Positions 59,701-64,000 of a stretch of DNA of 64,000 bases are shown here, in pieces; position 1 is the stretch's first letter, and every line of letters begins with the position of its first letter. A program made the position numbers and the translations under genes. A model generated the notes under the pieces. The model worked only from the letters and a program-made list of their open reading frames with translations, did not search any database and was not told the origin of the DNA. Origin of the DNA: Candidatus Omnitrophota bacterium (GTDB lineage: Bacteria > Omnitrophota > Gorgyraeia > 2-01-FULL-45-10); assembly GCA_030695905.1 (NCBI GenBank), contig JAUYOL010000011.1:7887-71886 (forward strand), given 5' to 3'.

Positions 59701-60445
59701 CGACATTTGCTCTACCCAGCAAGCCTGAAAAAAGTTCTTGTTCAGATAAACCGGTTACTTCAATAAGCTTCTCAAAGATAGCCAAAAAATTCCCGGCGGA
59801 TTTTTTATTATCTGCAACAAACCAATTAATCTTATTAGACTTGTCCACTACGAGGAATTTCTCGAATGCCTTTGGGTTTTTTCCGACCTCGTAAAATAAC
59901 GCGTCAAGCATCGCGTTAAGAACCCTGTGATCCGCGCAATCCATAGGGCCGGCATCTCTAACAGCTGCGGCTGTCGGAACTTCCCGCGATTTCGCCGAAG
60001 GCGTATTGTCTTTCGGGTATACGCTCAAGGTTTGTTTGGCAGGATCGTATTCTATAACATACCTTACATTATTTATGACCGCTTTCAGCGTTATAACACC
60101 ATTGAGCCCTGCTTCGGCTTCATGGCGGAATATTCTACCGTTACGTATATTGTCAATTGCTCTAACAACTTCGGGGGATACGCCCTTTAGCTCTTTCAAT
60201 GTTTGAGGAGTTATCGGCTGCTTCGCCTTTCTCATCGCCGCAAATAATTCCATGATAAGTATCGATATGCCGCGCGTGCCCTGGATGTCTTTGCCCAACA
60301 TATCGTCACTTTTTATGAGCGTAGCGAGTGTGTCAGAATTCCTCGCGCCTAATAACTCCTGCGCGAACCCTGTATCAAAAAGAAATGTATTGCAAATGAA
60401 TGCTATCAACACCACCAAAGAAGCTACACGATTTACTCTACTCAT
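50795..60445 (-). CDS. Giant secreted multi-enzyme fusion protein (~3216 aa). Signal peptide, N-terminal unknown region, split-type transketolase (TPP, Pyr and C domains), long-form transaldolase, phosphofructokinase (PKTIDGD type), unknown/LRR-like region, class II fructose/tagatose-bisphosphate aldolase, C-terminal unknown ~350 aa
   Basis: Single uninterrupted ORF. Start is ATG 60445 (SD AGGAGG 7 nt upstream); the track uses GTG 60451. Tkt motifs: GSGHPGGSLSM..ALYF, DRFVLSKGHAAPGLYA, LQGHPD, GDGETEEG, GIREAHM, GPDGRTHQ. Tal motifs: VWADGAF, GQTTNLTI, MVKVPATPEG..NVNVTLLFG, LWASTE..VNTMP. Pfk motifs: ISGGEAPGVN, VGGNDHMG, LPKTIDGD, MGR. Fba motifs: AQGDHYQ, GTMHGV, FVQHGAS. Approximate nt spans: Tkt 59060-56850, Tal 56780-55530, Pfk 55480-54300, Fba 53100-51870. 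Confidence 0.9.
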   Translation of the reverse strand: MSRVNRVASLVVLIAFICNTFLFDTGFAQELLGARNSDTLATLIKSDDMLGKDIQGTRGISILIMELFAAMRKAKQPITPQTLKELKGVSPEVVRAIDNIRNGRIFRHEAEAGLNGVITLKAVINNVRYVIEYDPAKQTLSVYPKDNTPSAKSREVPTAAAVRDAGPMDCADHRVLNAMLDALFYEVGKNPKAFEKFLVVDKSNKINWFVADNKKSAGNFLAIFEKLIEVTGLSEQELFSGLLGRANVGPELHYGYSDFLRQLSSQAAHFGVESGWIYAVAPWHKDKTGTTETSVWLYGMGGFTTVKDQLLAHEHLERSFHLAVVKEAFEGDWDKYRQWRTLRRDGQGGDSWQGKKTLNFTHMESGKRIVGELTYNEFATLAYRITQAMAPYGDISVGPDSRKYRTDTDFEAPVAAAAVMNENMPDIGISDDRAKDVWKRLIEIPAVAKLTREEQTKVLKILVDRVRNDITEEGVLAKLKDLNLLDEAAISECLFAAGVRLNSPGLIQDLKFLTRILERDVVSMIYKAGSGHPGGSLSMLKAVVALYFGTNANGERIMRYDPSDPNWEYRDRFVLSKGHAAPGLYAALARAQYFAKRIADLKKQGKLKTEDVEEFLETLRKLGSDLQGHPDMAKTIGVEFSGGPLGVAFSAAVAMATAAVMDDKDYITYCIIGDGETEEGQVDEAGRHAGAILKQKQDETYREAAAKGLKIVAFLDWNGYQIDNKVTDVDVDYEGQIKLWEARGWNVVRANGEDIEDVMRATQEAKKSLGNGKPAIVIMKTTKGAGLPGMAKHGEAPKEAEVKEALAIIDADLAVLSNGRYTPENHREAVKAFVEDLIRKISLGADTKARIEKENKARVGARREALRQITNSATVQKAIQELEKGYPEGKNVATRTATGHELTLIGADNIDVVAMSADLMGSNKFDGFAKLFGTFSADNLLGRYIPVGIREAHMVSFAAGLAACGKIPVIGTFSIFTTRMVDQLNAILNANLPIIIVGTHGGLATGPDGRTHQDAHSLGVLGALPGVQTYEGADAEEQRVLFRGIYDVAKKKGGIHYIRPARLDTPVIQNKPEGWQEGARRGFYKIFDTESGKNRKKSQSRDIVIVSSGVVTAEAINAAKDLSEKYGLSVEVVNVTQLKSITADEANKRDFEKLIERGRNIISVIDALPGLLGDKIDNILARRNAKPQFVRNLGIDKYGESGTPAELYKKHGFDKDGIVKTARLLAGKGISLLRKKGQSVWADGAFTPEEIRFFKKKGVTGQTTNLTIINNAIKAGMFDKEIQHGIAEGWTPEQIYDYVCILYMKQMAVEWFPVFNKTKHLDGYISIEVNPKYAYDVQNTVNEAMRLVNAIGMPNVMVKVPATPEGVKAVEELTYNGINVNVTLLFGVSNYEDVARAYMRGLERRVTDRKPIYDIQSVASFFVSRVNCKPDAADEQIRKAIAKEKARTDNPKETAANITILESLIGKAAIANTVLASDVSNNVFLYRHRLWEQLLNMGAAPQRLLWASTEIKSNEAYADGARFSPLMYVSNLPLQNTVNTMPKDTLHASIMATSVEAEPRNDMTAVQAQEVMYTLSKCDIDINAITTKLQEDGVEAFKKDYAASLQFIKEHVKAVRSKQDNIEDILKPVIVPTVDQPVAAMTRVKTWLKPSEVPPEKRVIIMISGGEAPGVNNYFALLAKALARFGMTLEIQRFGLDTLVKSSGEFAENRVWVDQKMADELLNKPGAAQGTSRVKLNEELTLQAMANLQGYCKTVVFVGGNDHMGEAAKIAKKFKESKVDDMMVLVLPKTIDGDTMVYPMGADSAGQNANEFSRRASPEPGSWKCVVFQMMGRDMGYLTVSGALESPISVAAVPEWSVSPNGSVIVSLYDIAEAVRSRMNEYGASAVFVSEGFRVSAKDQLLQKILKRNKFLAAKFANVKTDVNGNPLLAELGIADFVAEALAVELGLERDKNLFLEDTGYSGRSRAPNKDSIDIITGELAIATAVPLITEEAKRKRVISDGGVCIAADKGSRTVVDIQRTMRARPVSEAMGKVDLKDSGIFTEAELCGKNVLGVIGPKENLRDLLPSEKVKRPSGYDINAAIDAINSQSESAFNMRRPNVCVIARPDADEIIDSLDSPKTLLTTESYRYVKNRTAGAVALFPSSKGPVSLTELVGTAHNIYITRKMLNMVVAGNLAIKADDALLVKLSRDEKYGEAFKALVEGARPDKDGNLIFGRRIIDLIHMALTVEKGMTGIRKNILGESLNKLPEINISAAPSFDEQLRVLQQFVRGNELPADRLLSYPERSVFSLDLNDTDVADLAPLYGLPSLRVVSLVNTKITNSQAYELFRNHPAPENLLVLDSDASTIKYSDVPLAYENTKSTAQSAFMAAVVPAVTTATRARDIFELLRNIGDSLKVTADSVIILDAAKFHSQTVDYLAFESAFSENPDVKAAAQRILREAAISFNLKLASINDFYAAKKDGKWGKITVPAVNGRTDVYHQYQQLFRAAKDKNVGVLLLELARSEMRYSAQDMAEFTAVSIAAAIKQGYEGLIFAQGDHYQVNKEKYDKGGDEREKELKAIEELIRKSMLAGVYNIDLDPSTLVDEGTLNKITQLENAFVREYLDQNVYLLYGLDDNGRKSLWRRLVDEIEMGDIKSLTPVHQEHLERLYKNMHRPSILITMRFIRYIRALEEELGLTMPVSIGIEERHIDNPKHKNNPSTVLGSVTLAKTILAMAEAEGLVGPSKISLQTGTMHGVGGEIDFGIYRRHVRYWERIGIPVFVQHGASTLEKEDFGKMKQGDVGEVHLATEYQKIELGIVADMMPEVGEAMAKWLEALMARDENFSKKFRPMWNLAFGNADLAIAAAKDDGKKTTMYRELAAVQSGKSRAEIITEIMGDFMPKGLKGTLKDAAKELPAPFKDMLWNLPPHVRAAVDKALYEEFATIFDKLGASNTKALVESILPFNKQPVVLGKRSETIKLAVEPVLTQSATTTADERPQSVSLRHVPDRLTVAEMNRSAEIEINAAIQLANEAGVQIPVQADTRFTLLVTSEFFANGELKEAQINYGDRFNLDSVSGRDADEFIHSVLANPDAVKDRTIVLLPNELPDGRFEERHYQALKDAGIRFMIANRNELLTAKGAKDPYRKQFQQDTYVVMLLMRAVDEKIDVSSSVYRLLSFYLKSHFTFAEKIAIDDYIMAIAKNEIGKLIRGILAYRPAQAYDKPDYEKVAATLISA

Positions 60446-60500
60446 TGCCACTCCTCCTGTTTATGTTTCATGACGAACTTTTTAATCTTTTTTACTTTCC

Positions 60501-60530
60501 AAAAAAAACGCCTGGCAAAACTTTGCCAAG
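60501..60530 (-). promoter_or_regulatory. Terminator-like hairpin plus U8 inside the ~120-nt 5' leader of the giant gene (possible attenuator)
   Basis: Minus strand CUUGGCAAAGUUUUGCCAGG CG UUUUUUUU, located between the predicted TSS and the SD. Confidence 0.35.
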
Positions 60531-60571
60531 CATTTAAAATTTGTTCCGGACTTTTTTAAAAACTTGTTATT

Positions 60572-60599
60572 AGTTTATCACGCGAAAAATGTTTGTCAA
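60572..60599 (-). promoter_or_regulatory. Sigma70-like promoter TTGACA-N16-TAAACT (TGn extended -10) for the giant gene
   Basis: Minus strand ccTTGACAaacatttttcgcgTGaTAAACTaat, about 150 nt upstream of the ATG. Confidence 0.45.
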
Positions 60600-60628
60600 G
60601 GAAAAATAGCTAACTTTTTGAAACCTTT

Positions 60629-60659
60629 ACCGTTTTACCCACCCGGTGGGTAAAACGGT
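60629..60659. repeat. 31-bp palindromic element accgttttacccacc-c-ggtgggtaaaacggt, abutting the metG stop codon. Second copy of the 50751-50785 element
   Basis: Perfect inverted repeat. It differs from the first copy by a paired c/t and g/a change that preserves the stem. Confidence 0.7.
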
Positions 60660-62209
60660 TAGGTTTCGATGCGGGGAAATAGTGGCGCGGACTTTTTAAC
60701 TTGGGCGCCTGCTTTAAGTAAACCCCATGATTTCACGTCGGAGAATTTTACCTTTGACGGGTCGTCTTCCATGCCCAATTGGACCATTATATTCTTCGAT
60801 GTGGACGGCATGAATGGATAGACGGATATAGAAACTATTCTCAATGCTTCAAGAAGGCTGTAAATCAGTATTGCCAGTTCGTCTGCCTTCCTTTCCTTTG
60901 CCAGCGCCCACGGCTTCGCGTCCTCGATAAGTTTATTGGCCTTATTAACAACTTCCCATATCTTTGTAAGCGCTCCCACGAAATCTAATTGCGGTATAGT
61001 CTTTTCTAAATCACCCGCCAGGCCGGAAGCTTTATCCTGCAAATCTTTTACTATTCCCGCCTCGAGCCTGTCCCCTGAGACAGCCGGAACTTTTCCCTCA
61101 AAATATTTTTCCACCATAGTAAGCGTCCGGTTAAGTAAGTTGCCCAGATCGTTGGCAAGGTCGCTATTGTACCTTGATATTAACGCCTCTTCATTAAAAG
61201 CTCCGTCCAAACCAAATGGGACTTCGCGCAGCAAAAAATATCTATAGGTATCTATCCCATATCTTTTTATCAGGTCAAGCGGGTCGACAACATTGCCCTT
61301 TGACTTCGACATCTTTTCGCCTTTTATGACCCACCACCCGTGCGCGAATATCGTCTTCGGAGGCGTCAATCCGAGCGCATGAAGCATTATGGGCCAATAC
61401 ACGGCGTGATGGCGCAATATATCCTTACCTATAACATGGAAATCCGCCGGCCAATATTTTTTAAGCTTTGCCTGATCATCGGGATAGCCTATGCCTGAAA
61501 TATAATTTATCAGCGCGTCAAACCATACATAAGTGACAAAATTTTTATCGAACGGCACTTCTATGCCCCATGACATGCGGCTCTTGGAGCGCGATATGCA
61601 TAGGTCCAAAAGAGGTTCTTTCAAAAACCCCAGCACTTCATTGCGCCTAAAGTCGGGCTTTATGAAATCCGGATTTGATTTTATATAATCTATGAGCCAA
61701 TCTTGATATTCGGAGATCTTAAAGAAATAATTTTCTTCGTCCAGCTTCTCCAAATGCCGCTTGCAGTCGGGGCATAACCCGTCATCGGCCTGGGCCTCGG
61801 ACCAGAATGTCTCGCACGGCGTGCAAAACCACCCTTTATACACCTTCTTATATATCTTGCCGTCTTTGTGTAATTTTTCCAACACGGCCTGGACCGCCTT
61901 AATGTGAACGCTATCCGTGGTCCTTATGAAATAATCATACTTTATGCCGAGCGAGTCCCACAGGCTCCTAAAGACAGGCACTATCTCGTCTACAAATTTC
62001 TTCTCCTCGCCTTTTTTAAATCCGCGCGCAAGCGTAGCCTTCTCTATCTTCTCGCCATGTTCATCGGTGCCGGTCATGAAGAATACATCATCACCGCGCA
62101 GCCTTAAGAATCTCGCCACCGTATCACAGGCTATCTGGGTATACGAGTGGCCTATATGAGGTTTTGAGTTTACGTAATATAGTGGGGTAGTTATATAGAA
62201 TTTGTTCAT
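60659..62209 (-). CDS. metG: Methionyl-tRNA synthetase
   Basis: HIGH motif (PHIGHSYT), KMSKS, and CPDC zinc knuckle. 516 aa. Confidence 0.95.
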   Translation of the reverse strand: MNKFYITTPLYYVNSKPHIGHSYTQIACDTVARFLRLRGDDVFFMTGTDEHGEKIEKATLARGFKKGEEKKFVDEIVPVFRSLWDSLGIKYDYFIRTTDSVHIKAVQAVLEKLHKDGKIYKKVYKGWFCTPCETFWSEAQADDGLCPDCKRHLEKLDEENYFFKISEYQDWLIDYIKSNPDFIKPDFRRNEVLGFLKEPLLDLCISRSKSRMSWGIEVPFDKNFVTYVWFDALINYISGIGYPDDQAKLKKYWPADFHVIGKDILRHHAVYWPIMLHALGLTPPKTIFAHGWWVIKGEKMSKSKGNVVDPLDLIKRYGIDTYRYFLLREVPFGLDGAFNEEALISRYNSDLANDLGNLLNRTLTMVEKYFEGKVPAVSGDRLEAGIVKDLQDKASGLAGDLEKTIPQLDFVGALTKIWEVVNKANKLIEDAKPWALAKERKADELAILIYSLLEALRIVSISVYPFMPSTSKNIMVQLGMEDDPSKVKFSDVKSWGLLKAGAQVKKSAPLFPRIET

Positions 62210-62212
62210 GGC

Positions 62213-62995
62213 CTATTTATATGGGATTTCCAGGAGGCTGCCGTCTTCAAGTTCAACGGTTGCCGAGCGCTTTATCGCGTTTATGCCGATTACTTTGCCG
62301 TTACCCTTCTCCGTTTTTATGATATCTCCCTGGTTCGGCGCGCCCTTCATGAGCTCTTTATAAGTTTTATGCTCATAGCTTAAACAACACATGAGACGTC
62401 CGCATAGGCCCGATATCTTTGTGGGGTTTAACGGAAGATTTTGCTCTTTTGCCATCTTTATCGTAACCGGCTCGAAATCCTTTAAGAATGTCGCGCAGCA
62501 CAGGACCCGTCCGCACGGACCGAAGCCGCCCAGCATCTTGGCTTCATCGCGCACGCCTATCTGCTTTAACTCTATCCTCGTCTTGAAGACGTTGGCGAGA
62601 TCCTTGACCAGATCCCTAAAGTCTATCCTGCCTTCCGCGGTAAAATAGAACATTATCTTCGACCGGTCAAATGTAAATTCCGCGTCTATGAGCTTCATGG
62701 CTAAGTGGCGCTCATGTATCTTTTTATTACAGGCGTCCATTACCTCCCTTACCTTCTTCTTATTCTTGTCTATCTGGTGCATGTCCCACGGATTGGCTTT
62801 CCTGATGACTTTTCTTAAGGGCTGCTCCACGTCGGAATCGAGGATTACTTCGTTCTCCGATATCACCTGTCCATAGTCCTGCCCCCTGTCAGACTCCACA
62901 ATTACATAATCGCCGGTTTTAAATTTCATGCCGCCGGTGGAGTAATATGATATCTTGCCCGCTTCCCTTAGCCTTACCTGTATTACTTCGTACAT
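62213..62995 (-). CDS. PSP1-domain protein (RicT/YaaT-like)
   Basis: GPCGRVLCC...CGRLMCC Cys motifs of the PSP1 C-terminal domain. Conserved neighbourhood with holB. Confidence 0.8.
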   Translation of the reverse strand: MYEVIQVRLREAGKISYYSTGGMKFKTGDYVIVESDRGQDYGQVISENEVILDSDVEQPLRKVIRKANPWDMHQIDKNKKKVREVMDACNKKIHERHLAMKLIDAEFTFDRSKIMFYFTAEGRIDFRDLVKDLANVFKTRIELKQIGVRDEAKMLGGFGPCGRVLCCATFLKDFEPVTIKMAKEQNLPLNPTKISGLCGRLMCCLSYEHKTYKELMKGAPNQGDIIKTEKGNGKVIGINAIKRSATVELEDGSLLEIPYK

Positions 62996-63961
62996 TTAAA
63001 CCTCACAAATCTTAACACCCAGAACGCTCATCGCAAGTTTAGCGTTAGCATTCTGGTCCAAATATGATATCGTTGAAATAACGCTGCCTATAACATCTTC
63101 CAAATATTCAAAGCTCAAACGCTTTGCCTCGTTAGAGATTATATCCTTTTTGTCGATATTTACAAGCATAGAGTTATCTACGCCTGCTTTGGCGCTTGCT
63201 ATATCCTTAAACCACGCAAGCAGTATATCAAGATACAATACGAGCTTTTCTTTGGGCACGTCATCAAAAGAAAGCTGATTCAATGACCTTTTGGAGACGC
63301 TATCTATTAGAGAGGACCTTTTTGCGAATACGTCTTCATCGTTATATTTAACCGCTTCCCCCAGCCTGCCGCAGGACAAACGTGAAAGTACATGCGCGCT
63401 CTTTTCATCCAAAGAATATTGCCCGATAAGAAGCTCCTTGATCTGATCCGGCTTTAACGGATAAAATCTTACAACCTGCGAACGCGATACTATAGTATGA
63501 AATAGGGCCTTCAGATTGTCTGTTATCAGTATCAATATAGAGTCTGTCGGGGGCTCTTCCAGTGTTTTTAATAAAGCGTTTGCCGCCTCATGTTTCATAT
63601 CCTGGGCCTGGTCTATAATATAAACTTTCTTCTTCGCTTCAAAGGGCCTAAGGTATATATCTTTTATCAATTTTCGTATATCGTCTATCTTTATCGTGCC
63701 GCGGTCTTTTTCCGCCTTCAATATAGAAACATCCGGATGGGACAAATTATCTATCTTCTTGCATGAAGGGCATTTGTCGCAAGGTTCGTATGATACAGCG
63801 TTTTGGCATACAATGGCTTTGGCGAAATTGACAGCTGTAAGCGCTTTGCCGATACCGCCGGGGCCGCAGAATATATAGGCATGCGATAATTTGTTATTTT
63901 TAAGCGAAGTCTTTAAAAAAGAGACAGCGCTATCCTGCCCTTTAATATCGGCGAAGGACAT
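62996..63961 (-). CDS. holB: DNA polymerase III subunit delta'
   Basis: HAYIFCGPGGIGK AAA+ motif and CxxC zinc module (CDKCPSC). Confidence 0.85.
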   Translation of the reverse strand: MSFADIKGQDSAVSFLKTSLKNNKLSHAYIFCGPGGIGKALTAVNFAKAIVCQNAVSYEPCDKCPSCKKIDNLSHPDVSILKAEKDRGTIKIDDIRKLIKDIYLRPFEAKKKVYIIDQAQDMKHEAANALLKTLEEPPTDSILILITDNLKALFHTIVSRSQVVRFYPLKPDQIKELLIGQYSLDEKSAHVLSRLSCGRLGEAVKYNDEDVFAKRSSLIDSVSKRSLNQLSFDDVPKEKLVLYLDILLAWFKDIASAKAGVDNSMLVNIDKKDIISNEAKRLSFEYLEDVIGSVISTISYLDQNANAKLAMSVLGVKICEV

Positions 63962-64000
63962 TATCGACCTCTCTTCTTACCAAAGACTGGACTTTGGGTA

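Overview
This 64-kb window is a densely packed bacterial chromosomal segment, and almost every gene sits on the minus strand with short or overlapping junctions. It encodes mostly housekeeping biosynthesis. The arginine operon is contiguous (argC-J-B-D-F-G-H), followed by lysine/DAP genes (lysA-dapF-dapA-dapB-dapL), then folK, panC, nadA-nadX, ttcA, uvrA and a TolQ/TolR-like pair. Further along are rplM-rpsI, truA, a GGDEF protein, aroK-aroC-pilD-aroE, leuA-ilvC-ilvN-ilvB-ilvD, alr, tsaB-tsaE, thiL, mtnA, metG, a PSP1/RicT-like gene and holB. There is also a tRNA-Ala(CGC). The only recognisable gene on the plus strand is a small secreted coiled-coil protein. The provided ORF track uses GTG and TTG as well as ATG starts, and it drops ORFs that run off the window edge, so several starts were adjusted by hand. 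The outstanding feature is a 9.65-kb gene (50795-60445, minus strand) for a 3,2xx-residue protein with an N-terminal Sec signal peptide. I recognise, in order, a complete transketolase, a long-form transaldolase, a PPi/ATP-type phosphofructokinase and a class II fructose-bisphosphate aldolase, separated by segments I cannot place. It therefore looks like a single-polypeptide sugar-phosphate-interconversion machine. It follows a DUF362 Fe-S protein, a CPBP intramembrane protease and a TatD-radical SAM fusion. It is bracketed by two copies of a GC-rich palindromic element whose family also appears in-frame inside tsaB and inside a second large gene at the window start. That second gene (1-4348, minus strand) is missing from the ORF track because it runs off the window. 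It encodes an exported multidomain protein of at least 1,449 aa, with a possible Tiki/TraB-like N-domain, a TM helix, PBS-lyase HEAT-like repeats and a caspase-like His/Cys region. Smaller observations are a heptanucleotide repeat spanning a start codon, a promoter nested in a terminator hairpin, a leader attenuator-like hairpin and several intergenic stem-loops. Gene content and the presence of a giant gene are compatible with a small-genome uncultivated lineage such as Omnitrophota, but this is a guess.
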